From: a virus
Lineage: Duplodnaviria > Caudoviricetes
Length of the DNA: 61,413 nucleotides
Reading direction: 5' to 3' (one strand)
Virus record (IMG/VR): IMGVR_UViG_3300044267_005592
Span: 1 to 61,413 of that record
In this document: positions 7,161-16,865 of the stretch, in pieces
Layout of the letters: each line of letters begins with the position of its first letter
How positions within the stretch are numbered: the stretch's first letter is position 1
Notes under the pieces: generated by a model
What the model was told of the DNA's origin: nothing
The model's database searches: none
The model's input: only the letters and a program-made list of their open reading frames with translations
Program-made: the position numbers and the translations under genes

Positions 7161-10100
7161 TTCTTTATCACTCTTTGGTTAATAATGTTACCTTTATATA
7201 TTATACTGAGGTTGTAAATTCCGGTAGGCAGGTTAGACATATCTATTTGATTAACATCGTTTTTAGAAATTACTAACTGGCCTGTCATATCATAAATATC
7301 AGCTTGAAAGCCATTTATCCCTTTAAAGTAAAGGATATTTTTTGTTGGATTAGGATAAATTACTAATTCACCATTAATTTCTTCTAAATCAATTGGCCAT
7401 CCTAAATCGCAATAATTGTAAAGTTCAATACAGAAAGAATCCCATTGTCCTGAACAACATTCATCATCAATAGATATTACCCATTCAAAACAATCATTTG
7501 GTAACCAGTAAGGTTCTCCTGGTCCTCCACTACATCCTGCATCATATTCACATGTTCCATCATCTGTATTTGAAAATGCATTATAATTGTAAGCATTAGA
7601 ATCTGTACACCCTTCTACGATTTCAATACATGAACCATTATCCGTATTCGCTAAAGAATCATAATTAAAAGCATTTTCATCTGTACAACCGTAAACTACT
7701 TCGATACATGAAAAATCTTCGGTATTTGCATCAGAATTATAATTAAATGCAGTTGAATCTGTACATCCTAATACTACTGGTATACATGAATCGTTATCTG
7801 TATTTGCTAATTCATTATAATTAAATGCTTCTGGGTCTGTACAACCGTAAACTGGGTCAATACAACTGAAATCATCTACATTTGCTAATTCATTATAATT
7901 GAGAGCATTAGAATCTGTACACCCTTCTACTATCTCTATACATGAACCATTATCTGTATTAGCATTTTCATCGTAGTTTAGAGCTGTACTATCTGTACAT
8001 CCATAAATAGGTAGTATACAACTACCATTTTCTGTATTTGCATTCTCATTATAATTAAGAGCAATTGGGTTAGTACATCCAAGTACTACTGGTATACATG
8101 AACCATTATCTGTATTAGCATTGGCATTAAAATTAGTAGCTGTATCATCTGTACAACCGAATATAACAGGTGTACATGAACCATTATCAGTATTAGCATT
8201 TTCATTATAATTGAAAGCTGTTGGGTCTGTACAACCATAAGATATTGCTATGCAACTACCATCATTTTCTGTAGCTTCTGAGTCATAATTTATAGATGAA
8301 AGGTTTGTACATCCTGGTACTTCTAATTCATTACAAACACCATCTGCATCATCATCATTTAAACAAACATCATTACAATCATAATAATCGTCAGGATATA
8401 TACATCCTCCGCTATCTGCATTTGCATTAGAATTATAATTACATGCTGTATCATCAGTACATCCTAAATATATACAATCACCACCATCTGTATTTGCTTC
8501 GCTATTATAATTCCAAGCTGTTTCATCTGTGCAACCTACTACAACTGCTTCACAGGAACCATCATCAAAATTGGCTTCTTCATCGTAGTTGAAAGCTAAA
8601 TCATTAGTACAACCTTCTACTATCTCTATACAACTACCATCATCTGTATTTGCATCTTCATTATAGTTTAGTGCTTCTGAATCTAAACATCCTAATACTG
8701 TAGGAATACATAATGTTCCACAGAATGGCATTGCTTGGTATGTATTATAAAATGGAGGACTAAATGGTTGTAGAGCTCCTTGGCCATTATCTGCAAATGG
8801 GTTCCAACCTTCATATAACAATATATCTCCATTAGCATTAGTTAATTTAAAAGAATTGTGTAAAGTTTGGAATGCTACTTCTTCTGGTGGTGTTTGTGCG
8901 CCTCCTACTTGAAAGTAATAAACTTTAACAGGTTTGTCCGTTTCTAACCATATAGGAAATGTTTGTTCGTATTCTCCTGGTCCCATTGTAAATGACCACT
9001 GATTATCTCCTTGAACAACTCCTAAAAATGAATTACCCCATCCATCTGCACCGGCATCACCTATCCACAATTCATAATTACAGTTTGGATATATTTCCAT
9101 TTGTGTAGCTGTTGAATCATAGTTAAAAGCATTTTCATTTATACAACCAAATATGTGTTCGTTTAAGCATGAACCATCGTCTGTATTTGCATCAGGATTG
9201 AATTCTTGATAATCATTATCTGTACAACCTAGTACTTCTTCTACATTACCACATATAGTTGTCTGTTGCCATCCTGAATAAGCTACATTTCCAAAACCAA
9301 CTCCTACTGTATCTTGTTCTGCATTTACCCAAGTATTAGATGATAGTGAAGTTATTACTTCTCCATCACACCCTTTTATTACAACATCACCATCCATAGT
9401 TCCACCTGTAGTTGAACCTGCAACACCATCACCATAAGTATCTGTAAGAACAAATTCAAATCCTCCTTCCATTGCACAAACATTATAAGTATAGGTTTGT
9501 CCTACATCTTGATAAGTATATGTTCCGTCTTGAACATCAGTAGAACCATCACCACTAACAAATGACCAACCTGTTTCACCTGGCCAATTGTCTAAAGTTA
9601 CTTCTATTACTAGTGGAACATATCCTGCATCACAAGCTTGACCTCCACATGAACCATCATCTACTGTAGCCCATGGATTATAATTAGGAGCATTCTCATC
9701 TGTACAACCTTGAGTACATGGATATGGAGTGAAAAGTATTGTATCTGATACTAGACTATCTGCTGTAGTAAATTGAGCATAGAATTCATCGGACCAATTA
9801 GGTGGCATTGTACCATTACCAGCATAAACTCCCCATATACCATTATCTATATTCGTATCAAAATTGTATGAATTGGTATTTTCACTACCATAAGTTATTT
9901 GAATTATATTACAATTAGGATTGTCTGAAATATCCCAGTTATAATAAAGAATTGCAGAACCTCCATCACATTGTTGTTCTACATAAATATTGTCGATTGA
10001 TTCACAAGGAGGGTATTCACATAACATTGAATCGTTTACATCCGCATCAGGATTATAATTAATTGCATTTTCATCCATACAATCAATAACTGGTGGATTT

Positions 10101-10465
10101 GGTGGAGCACATGGTGCTATAGTAAGTGATTCAATTAAACCTATTCCATAATCTCCTGAAGCATAGAATAGTGTATCTTGACATGCATTTGATACTAAAC
10201 AATAACCATCGTTTGGCCATGATAATCCATCACCAAAAGCATCTAGTAATTCGAATGTGTATTCTCCAGATTCTAATGAATCTATTACATGGAATGCACT
10301 TGGTTGTTCAAACTCATAATCTCCTCCAGATGCTACTACGCCATAATCATTAGATAATGTCCATGAAACTTCATCTGCATAATCGTCAAACTGAAACTCT
10401 ACATTAACCCAAGTATCTTGAGCAAATGTAAGAATTGGTATTAGTAAAAATAATAATTTTTTCAT
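7157..10465 (-). CDS. Type IX secretion (T9SS) cargo protein with Cys-repeat stalk and type A C-terminal sorting domain
   Basis: Signal peptide; about 18 GCTDxxAxNYNxxANTDxGSC repeats; C-terminal IYPNPTK...IYDMTGQLV...LPTGIYNLSI...RVIKK. Confidence 0.85.
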   Translation of the reverse strand: MKKLLFLLIPILTFAQDTWVNVEFQFDDYADEVSWTLSNDYGVVASGGDYEFEQPSAFHVIDSLESGEYTFELLDAFGDGLSWPNDGYCLVSNACQDTLFYASGDYGIGLIESLTIAPCAPPNPPVIDCMDENAINYNPDADVNDSMLCEYPPCESIDNIYVEQQCDGGSAILYYNWDISDNPNCNIIQITYGSENTNSYNFDTNIDNGIWGVYAGNGTMPPNWSDEFYAQFTTADSLVSDTILFTPYPCTQGCTDENAPNYNPWATVDDGSCGGQACDAGYVPLVIEVTLDNWPGETGWSFVSGDGSTDVQDGTYTYQDVGQTYTYNVCAMEGGFEFVLTDTYGDGVAGSTTGGTMDGDVVIKGCDGEVITSLSSNTWVNAEQDTVGVGFGNVAYSGWQQTTICGNVEEVLGCTDNDYQEFNPDANTDDGSCLNEHIFGCINENAFNYDSTATQMEIYPNCNYELWIGDAGADGWGNSFLGVVQGDNQWSFTMGPGEYEQTFPIWLETDKPVKVYYFQVGGAQTPPEEVAFQTLHNSFKLTNANGDILLYEGWNPFADNGQGALQPFSPPFYNTYQAMPFCGTLCIPTVLGCLDSEALNYNEDANTDDGSCIEIVEGCTNDLAFNYDEEANFDDGSCEAVVVGCTDETAWNYNSEANTDGGDCIYLGCTDDTACNYNSNANADSGGCIYPDDYYDCNDVCLNDDDADGVCNELEVPGCTNLSSINYDSEATENDGSCIAISYGCTDPTAFNYNENANTDNGSCTPVIFGCTDDTATNFNANANTDNGSCIPVVLGCTNPIALNYNENANTENGSCILPIYGCTDSTALNYDENANTDNGSCIEIVEGCTDSNALNYNELANVDDFSCIDPVYGCTDPEAFNYNELANTDNDSCIPVVLGCTDSTAFNYNSDANTEDFSCIEVVYGCTDENAFNYDSLANTDNGSCIEIVEGCTDSNAYNYNAFSNTDDGTCEYDAGCSGGPGEPYWLPNDCFEWVISIDDECCSGQWDSFCIELYNYCDLGWPIDLEEINGELVIYPNPTKNILYFKGINGFQADIYDMTGQLVISKNDVNQIDMSNLPTGIYNLSIIYKGNIINQRVIKK
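7550..8700 (-). repeat. Coding tandem array of ~78-bp (26-aa) degenerate repeats
   Basis: Recurrent atctgtacaacc / catgaaccattatctgtatt units; about 14 near-consecutive copies. Boundaries are approximate. Confidence 0.85.
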
Positions 10466-10477
10466 AACGTCTCCTCC

Positions 10478-10630
10478 CTATTTTATTTCTATACCGAAAT
10501 TCAATAATATAAATCTGAAGCTAACCCCAGGGTTCCAGTGTAATTCTAATAAAGTAAAAACCCCAAACCTGATAGTAAAGTCAATAATATTCTTCTTATT
10601 ACCTTCTTTCCAACTATTTATAAAATTCAT
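10478..10630 (-). CDS. Small hypothetical protein (50 aa)
   Basis: Translated by hand: MNFINSWKEGNKKNIIDFTIRFGVFTLLELHWNPGVSFRFILLNFGIEIK. Fills the gap between its neighbours. Confidence 0.6.
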   Translation of the reverse strand: MNFINSWKEGNKKNIIDFTIRFGVFTLLELHWNPGVSFRFILLNFGIEIK

Positions 10631-10632
10631 AA

Positions 10633-11025
10633 CTAAACTCCTTTATAAACTCTTTTTTTACCACCCTCATAAACATAAGCATGGCCTTCTATTATTAATA
10701 ACTGATTAACATTAATTTCATTCTTGTCTTCGTCTTGAATGAATATCTCTCCAAGAACTCTACCATATTTCCCAACTCCGTGGGATTTTAATAGAAAATA
10801 TCCTGGTCTAGCACTTATCTTTTCAATAAGTTCTTTATTTCTAGCTTTTGCTGCTAATCCTTTTTCTTTTTCTGCTAGATTTCTGGTTCTTGATTCCCAA
10901 GCATCTACACCCATGTACCTAATTCTTTTCTTAACCCAAGTGTCAAACCCTAAATCTATAAGAGCGTCGACAGTATCTCCATCGACGACTCTTTCTAGTT
11001 TTGCTTTGTAAATGTACTTTTCCAT
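10633..11025 (-). CDS. Thermonuclease (SNase-like)
   Basis: VVDGDTVD, RIRYMGVDAWE, GKYGRVLG, VNQLLIIEGHA. Confidence 0.85.
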   Translation of the reverse strand: MEKYIYKAKLERVVDGDTVDALIDLGFDTWVKKRIRYMGVDAWESRTRNLAEKEKGLAAKARNKELIEKISARPGYFLLKSHGVGKYGRVLGEIFIQDEDKNEINVNQLLIIEGHAYVYEGGKKRVYKGV

Positions 11026-11195
11026 TATTTTTTACAGCTTTTATCACAGTGAGTTGCCCAGTAAGCCCAAGCTCCAGCACCAGCTAATAAACATAATCCT
11101 ATCCAAAAATTAGCACCGAATGTACATCCTGCACCAACTGCTAGAAGATAACCTCCGTAGCATTTACCATAGCATTTTACTTTTTCTAAATTCAT
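11025..11195 (-). CDS. Small Cys-flanked two-TM protein (holin candidate, 56 aa)
   Basis: Translated by hand: MNLEKVKCYGKCYGGYLLAVGAGCTFGANFWIGLCLLAGAGAWAYWATHCDKSCKK. AGGAG at 11202-11206; stop overlaps the next ATG. Confidence 0.6.
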   Translation of the reverse strand: MNLEKVKCYGKCYGGYLLAVGAGCTFGANFWIGLCLLAGAGAWAYWATHCDKSCKK

Positions 11196-11204
11196 TTTTC
11201 TCTC

Positions 11205-11816
11205 CTAAATTAAATCGTTTGATTCTATTAATGTGTATGTGAAGCTATTGCCCCATACATCTCTTGCCTTTCCACAAATATCCATAAATTCTCTGAAATC
11301 ACTATTCTTAGCAATAACTTGACAACCAGCAGACCACTTATCTACTCTTGTAGATTTGCCACCTGTTTTACCTGTTGCTCTATGGATATTGATACCGAAA
11401 AGACCTTCTTCTATCGAAGACTCATTTAAATCGTATTTTTTATCACGATTGTTATCTCTATAAACTTTTACAGGTTTCTTTTGACCTAAAGCTTCATATC
11501 GACCTTGGTGTTTTCTTATTTTATGGCTTCCTCTGTACTGACCTGGTTTTAGTATAGCTACACCAGATTCTCTCATTATATTTTCTACCCAGTGAGTTCC
11601 TGGGTCAGTTGTGCAATCATAAATATGAAATTGCCATTCGCCATCTATTTTATATGAAAGTGTTATTTTGTCGTCGAATGCATTTGTTACTCGACCTTTG
11701 GTTTCGTTATTCCTAACTCCTACAATGTTTACATCATAGCCTTTATTGTTAGAATCTCCAAACCAAACATATCCTTTAGCTTTTACAGCTGTTTCGATTT
11801 GTTCTCTTGTATACAT
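11205..11816 (-). CDS. YkuD/L,D-transpeptidase-like cysteine enzyme, putative endolysin
   Basis: INIHRA...WSAGCQV matches HxX(14-17)SxGC; no signal peptide. Confidence 0.6.
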   Translation of the reverse strand: MYTREQIETAVKAKGYVWFGDSNNKGYDVNIVGVRNNETKGRVTNAFDDKITLSYKIDGEWQFHIYDCTTDPGTHWVENIMRESGVAILKPGQYRGSHKIRKHQGRYEALGQKKPVKVYRDNNRDKKYDLNESSIEEGLFGINIHRATGKTGGKSTRVDKWSAGCQVIAKNSDFREFMDICGKARDVWGNSFTYTLIESNDLI

Positions 11817-11822
11817 AAGATA

Positions 11823-12023
11823 TTATTCTCCTTTAGAATAAATATCATCTAGCGGGATTAAACTGTCAGGTTGTGCCCAAAATATGCGACCTACATGGTC
11901 TTTAACCCTGATGCTTTTATTGCCCTTTACCGTATCTTCAACTTTTACTATTGTTCCTGCAGGTACTAACCCAGTATTAGAATACACTGATTTAGTAAGT
12001 TTACATTTATCACCTATTTTCAT
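11823..12023 (-). CDS. Small beta-rich hypothetical protein
   Basis: ORF track; in-operon position. Confidence 0.55.
   Translation of the reverse strand: MKIGDKCKLTKSVYSNTGLVPAGTIVKVEDTVKGNKSIRVKDHVGRIFWAQPDSLIPLDDIYSKGE
11837..11846 (-). promoter_or_regulatory. GATATTTAT(A/T) motif, putative late promoter
   Basis: GATATTTATT just upstream of the RBS of 11205..11816; the same motif recurs at 32414, 37281, 52062 and 54171. Confidence 0.5.
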
Positions 12024-13297
12024 TAATGAACCTCCAATAATTTTTTATCAAACTTAGGATTTTTAATACGAGTTTTAGTAGTTTCTTTAAGTTCTTTTAT
12101 ATCGAATTTAAAGTTTCCAAATTCATATTTTCCTGGTTGTGTAGTTTGTATTATTTTGTGTAAGTGGACTAAGAAGTTATAATCGTCAGGCTTTAATTCA
12201 TCTGAATCAGCTTCTATTAATATACTATAATCTTTTTTAGGCTTTTTTGCATATTTATAAATCTGTTTGTAATCTTGCTGATTGTAAAGATGTTTGCACT
12301 TATCCCAAGCTTCTCCATTAAATCCTAATAGAAAATTTGCAGGAACGTGTTCTTTGTCACAAAGGCCTATAGCTTCTTTAATAACTTTTTTATTATCTAA
12401 CCAAATTCTAGAAAAATAAGGTTCTATATTAAATATAGTATTCGGGTTCATTCTAGAAGAGTTCTTTATAAATAAATCTATATCATACTTAATAAGTTTT
12501 TCTGTACCATGATTAAAGCCTCCCCAACGTCTCACAAACCTTTTCAATTCTATCTTATCAGCTATATTCTGAATTCTTAATCTCTCCTGAGCTTCTTTAT
12601 TTTCTGCTGAAAACCAATTAGGTCCTCTTGAAGAAGTACATGTAAAATGGTAAACTAAAGCACCATAAGTTTGTTTTAACTTTACTCCAGAATGTAAACA
12701 TCTTTGAACCAAATCTGAATCTTCTCTAGACCTTCTGAATAAAGTATCATACCCACCTAATTTGCCCCAGACTTCTTTATAAAAAGTCAAAGGAGCAAAA
12801 AAGTAAGTTATGGAAGTTGGCTTCTTTTGTTGTTCTGCAAATAGATTCCAACTTAATAAGTCGAAGTGTATAGGGTCTACTCCGAAATCTTTAGTTATTG
12901 TTATTGGTGATTCTCCATGTAAAGGAGGTTCTACTCTTGTAGAACTTAGTATACAATTTTCTTCTATATTATTTAGGACATCTGAATCATAATGTGGGGA
13001 TATCACCATGTCACTCTGTAGATAGCTTACTATCCTATTTTCAGCCATATCTACAAGTAAATTGTTATTTCTTGAGTACCCAACACAAGGTCCAACCTTA
13101 TGGGTTATTATCTTTAAATTCTTATACTTAGGTTTAATATACTTTAGATAGTCTACAGTTCCTTGATTATCACTATCAACAAAAACTAAAATTTCATGGT
13201 CATCTCTATCTAAATTCTCTTTAAGAGACTTCAGAAGTAATTTTACATGTTCCAATTCATTTTTAGCTGTATTTATTACAAAACTAATCTTTTCCAT
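12023..13297 (-). CDS. Glycosyltransferase family 2
   Basis: ISFVIN, FVDSDNQGT, QSDMV, GGYDTLF...EDSDL. Confidence 0.8.
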   Translation of the reverse strand: MEKISFVINTAKNELEHVKLLLKSLKENLDRDDHEILVFVDSDNQGTVDYLKYIKPKYKNLKIITHKVGPCVGYSRNNNLLVDMAENRIVSYLQSDMVISPHYDSDVLNNIEENCILSSTRVEPPLHGESPITITKDFGVDPIHFDLLSWNLFAEQQKKPTSITYFFAPLTFYKEVWGKLGGYDTLFRRSREDSDLVQRCLHSGVKLKQTYGALVYHFTCTSSRGPNWFSAENKEAQERLRIQNIADKIELKRFVRRWGGFNHGTEKLIKYDIDLFIKNSSRMNPNTIFNIEPYFSRIWLDNKKVIKEAIGLCDKEHVPANFLLGFNGEAWDKCKHLYNQQDYKQIYKYAKKPKKDYSILIEADSDELKPDDYNFLVHLHKIIQTTQPGKYEFGNFKFDIKELKETTKTRIKNPKFDKKLLEVH

Positions 13298-14282
13298 TTA
13301 ATATCTCCATCATATTTTTTGTGAAAACTTCTTCCCCATAATACTTTCTGTAAGCTTCTTTTGCAAACTTACTAACTTCATTATAAAAAGGTTCATTATT
13401 CTTAAGTTGTTCAGCTACTATCGTTGCGGACTTTACATCGTCTACTCTTACAGAACAAGCAGGGAAACATGTTATTTGGGTATCGACATCCATATTACCT
13501 ATACAAGGTATTCCAAAATAAGCACAATTTAAACTAAAAGTTCCAGCTGCTACAGTTGGCATAAGATGAACTGCATATTTAAATTTAGATACTTCTTTCA
13601 TCCAATTTAACCAGGTAAGTCTATCAAAATGGTTTATACCTTCTATAGCTTCTTCACCTTTCCTTTTGGAATGACTAGTTTGAGTCCATATTTTATTATC
13701 GAACAACCTAGCAACCATAAAGCTTTGAAAGCCACCATACCACCTAGAAAAATTACCACCAACTAAAGTCTTTTCCTCAGCTTTTGGTTCTATATCTTTT
13801 AATGTATCTTCTATCATTAATGTTGGTATAACTTCTACTTTTTGTTGACCATAAGTTAAACCTTCATAGAACCTTTTATCTAATTTATTATGTACAAATA
13901 TACCATCACACTTTTCTAAACACAGATAGTGGTCGTATTGTTGTTTAACTTCATAATCATTAAATAGCCAATTTGGACCTTCCTGAATTATATAAACTTT
14001 CTTGTTTTTAGATTGTAAAAATTCTATAAAAGATGGATTACATAAGTTCGCTTTGGGGTCTGAAACTGGTTCCATCATCTGACTTGCATCTGCGCTTAAG
14101 TAAGTTCTAAGTTTTGGTAATATGACAAACACAACATCATACTTTTTTACTTTTTTAAATTCTTGGATTGGGTGGTGTTTAGCTCCTAAAGCTAACATCC
14201 AAGCAAACTCTGTTCTTGCATTTTCAAAAGTTCTTGGAACTGTTCCTTTAAAATTATTTTCTGATAAAAAAGCTATTTTCAT
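13284..14282 (-). CDS. GT-B fold glycosyltransferase
   Basis: MKIAFLS start; C-terminal AGTFSLNCAYFGIPCIG. Confidence 0.6.
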   Translation of the reverse strand: MKIAFLSENNFKGTVPRTFENARTEFAWMLALGAKHHPIQEFKKVKKYDVVFVILPKLRTYLSADASQMMEPVSDPKANLCNPSFIEFLQSKNKKVYIIQEGPNWLFNDYEVKQQYDHYLCLEKCDGIFVHNKLDKRFYEGLTYGQQKVEVIPTLMIEDTLKDIEPKAEEKTLVGGNFSRWYGGFQSFMVARLFDNKIWTQTSHSKRKGEEAIEGINHFDRLTWLNWMKEVSKFKYAVHLMPTVAAGTFSLNCAYFGIPCIGNMDVDTQITCFPACSVRVDDVKSATIVAEQLKNNEPFYNEVSKFAKEAYRKYYGEEVFTKNMMEILNGKD

Positions 14283-15040
14283 TTTAATTCCTCTATTGTT
14301 TCTTTTAATCTATCTTCAAAATTTCCACTTATAAACGATTTGCTATTACTGATATACGGGTTATCCAGTCCATCTTCGGTTACTTCTACCTTAGCAGTCT
14401 TTCCTAAAATCATAGCAATCATTTCTGCTATGTGAGTTAATCTATAAGTTTCTTTATATTTACATTCAAAAGACTTTTTACAATTATTGTTATTTACATA
14501 CCATTCAACTAATTTTATTAGGTCTTTCATGTGTACAAAATCCATGTACTTATCTTTATGTATAACCATTGGATTATCTTCGATACACCTTTTTACATTA
14601 GATTTTATAAACCTAGTATTAAGTTCATTTTCATCAAATAATCCCCAGATAATTAAATTGTAGAAATTTTCTGTCTCTTCAATCATATCTGCTATTATCT
14701 TTTTACTATGACCATAATTTGTTAAAGGGTATACAAATTGAGCACCTGAACCAAAATGAATAAGTTTTCCATAATGTTGTTTACCAAAAGAAAGATTCTC
14801 AAACATTCTTAAATTATCTTTAAAAACTTTCCTATCTTCTTTGCCCAATCTAGAACCTCCAATAACTGCACAGTGTATTACTACATCAAAATACTTATCA
14901 GCTAAAAAATCCCTAACACTATCTGCATCTGTTAAATCACATACACTTCTATTTAAAGCAGTTACTTCATAACTTTTTAAATTATTTAAAAGTGACTTAC
15001 CTAAATAGCCATTGGTTCCTGTTATTAATATTTTTTTCAT
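14279..15040 (-). CDS. NAD-dependent epimerase/dehydratase (SDR)
   Basis: ITGTNGYLG; YGHSK (YxxxK). Confidence 0.85.
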   Translation of the reverse strand: MKKILITGTNGYLGKSLLNNLKSYEVTALNRSVCDLTDADSVRDFLADKYFDVVIHCAVIGGSRLGKEDRKVFKDNLRMFENLSFGKQHYGKLIHFGSGAQFVYPLTNYGHSKKIIADMIEETENFYNLIIWGLFDENELNTRFIKSNVKRCIEDNPMVIHKDKYMDFVHMKDLIKLVEWYVNNNNCKKSFECKYKETYRLTHIAEMIAMILGKTAKVEVTEDGLDNPYISNSKSFISGNFEDRLKETIEELK

Positions 15041-15507
15041 CTTTTCAAATTCATATAAGAAGGTAATCCGTTATTAATAAGTTCATCAAAATCCTCCTTC
15101 GTTAATTTTTTGGATTTGAATAACTCTAAATGCTTAAAATTTATTAAAAAATCTATATCATCTTCTGCCCAATGAGAAAACCCTAAATAGCCATAGTCTT
15201 TATCTCTACCACCACCAACAATCTTTACGGGTATCTTCTCTTTATCTAGGTAATTTCTTATCCATTCAAAAGGTCTGTATATTGCAAATGGAGTTATAGA
15301 ATAAACTATAGGTATGTAACCATCCATAGCTAAACCTGTAGCCATTCCCATCATTAACTGTTCTGAGGATTGAGCATTATAAAATCTATCTGAATAGTCT
15401 AATCTAATTTTATCCCATAAGCCATATCCTAAATCTCCAGTTATTAAAACTATTTTATCATTTACAGACATTTCGTCATGTAGCATTTTTGCAAATTTAC
15501 TTCTCAT
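15037..15507 (-). CDS. Transketolase-like pyrimidine-binding subunit
   Basis: TGDLG, SEQLMMGMATGLA, RPFEWIR, GFSHWAEDD. Confidence 0.8.
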   Translation of the reverse strand: MRSKFAKMLHDEMSVNDKIVLITGDLGYGLWDKIRLDYSDRFYNAQSSEQLMMGMATGLAMDGYIPIVYSITPFAIYRPFEWIRNYLDKEKIPVKIVGGGRDKDYGYLGFSHWAEDDIDFLINFKHLELFKSKKLTKEDFDELINNGLPSYMNLKR

Positions 15508-16117
15508 TTAATATCTCCTTAGCCTGCATATAATCTTCTTTACTCATAACGTGATAGTGAGCATTAAGACCTTTTAAAAATGGAAATTCATTAACGTTAG
15601 TATATCTAAGATTTATTTCCGGTAAAAAAGCTTTAAGCCTATCTGAAAGATATTTTGTGTCTATAGAATCATAAGCTACATAACCATTTATATTTACATA
15701 AACTTTTATATTTGTTAAAGCATTATCCTTTATAAATCTTAAAGCCTCCCAAACAGAACCTTCAGCACATTCACCATCACTGATAAGAACGTAAACATTC
15801 CTATTTCTATCTGCTAACGCCCTACCTACTGCTACAGTTATACCCATACCTAAACTTCCTGTTGAACAATAAATTCCATTCTCTTCGTCTCTATGAGGAT
15901 GTCCACCGTGTTTAGCAAATAAGTCTTCAGCATTTTTACCACAGTACTTTTCTAAAGCTGCATATAGAGCTAAAGCTGCATGACCAGAAGATAGTATAAA
16001 TATATCATCTTCTTTTTTAGTTTGGAATATTTCTTCTACTATTCCAGCAGCAGAAAAATAACTACCTAAATGGGATAAATCATTATACCAAGCTATATCT
16101 AATATTCTACTTTTCAT
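15497..16117 (-). CDS. Transketolase-like TPP-binding N-terminal subunit
   Basis: SHLGS, LSSGHA, STGSLGMG, SDGECAEGSVWEA...N (TPP motif). Confidence 0.85.
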   Translation of the reverse strand: MKSRILDIAWYNDLSHLGSYFSAAGIVEEIFQTKKEDDIFILSSGHAALALYAALEKYCGKNAEDLFAKHGGHPHRDEENGIYCSTGSLGMGITVAVGRALADRNRNVYVLISDGECAEGSVWEALRFIKDNALTNIKVYVNINGYVAYDSIDTKYLSDRLKAFLPEINLRYTNVNEFPFLKGLNAHYHVMSKEDYMQAKEILNEK

Positions 16118-16853
16118 TTTTTACCTCTCTATGTTTAAAAGCCATATAGTGATTCCATTCTCTTAAAGCTTCATCAGGAAGCATTTTTTCACTATCTATT
16201 CTAGGATAAGCCGGAGTTTTTAAAGGAGAACCCATCATACCAAACATTTCGAATTTATGTACATAAAGGAAGTATAGAAAATTATCAAAATCAAAAAGTC
16301 CTCTATATATAAATTGATGTCCCATTCTCCAATTAGGATTACTTATAAAGTATACAGAATTATTGTGTGTTAATTCATAAATTTTTTGAACTATTATAGA
16401 AGGATTAAAAACATGTTCTAAAAAATCATTAGTTATTACCAAATCATACTTATCTAATAAGCCTTCAGTATCAAAATCCATAGCCAAATCCTTTACAAAA
16501 AACTTACCTTTGAACTTATTTTCATCAAAGTATTTTTTTGCAAAAGGTTTATCAACAAGATGATAATCTAAATTAGGATATTTTTCAAGAATCTTTTGTG
16601 ACAAATTTCCAGGTCCACTTCCCAATTCTAAAACAGATTTTATTTCAAAACCATCATTTACTAATCTGTTGTTGATAATACCATTTATCATCTTTGCTTC
16701 GTATTCATACCGACTTTCCCATCCTGGTTCTTTAAGTCTTTCTAAAGAATCATCATTCCACTCTTCGGCATCTACTGTATCGAATTTGTCTGAGTTGAAT
16801 ATCTTTTCGACTTCTACACCAGCTCCATTATCTTTTATTCTAAATAATCCCAT
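16107..16853 (-). CDS. Class I SAM-dependent methyltransferase
   Basis: VLELGSGPG; YDLVITNDFLEHV. Confidence 0.8.
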   Translation of the reverse strand: MGLFRIKDNGAGVEVEKIFNSDKFDTVDAEEWNDDSLERLKEPGWESRYEYEAKMINGIINNRLVNDGFEIKSVLELGSGPGNLSQKILEKYPNLDYHLVDKPFAKKYFDENKFKGKFFVKDLAMDFDTEGLLDKYDLVITNDFLEHVFNPSIIVQKIYELTHNNSVYFISNPNWRMGHQFIYRGLFDFDNFLYFLYVHKFEMFGMMGSPLKTPAYPRIDSEKMLPDEALREWNHYMAFKHREVKNEK

Positions 16854-16865
16854 TTTACTTTCCTT

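Noticed and set aside
7550-8700. Possible CRISPR array or DGR repeats
   Set aside because: The repeats are degenerate, in frame and vary at synonymous positions. There are no unique spacers, no cas1/2 and no reverse transcriptase in the window.
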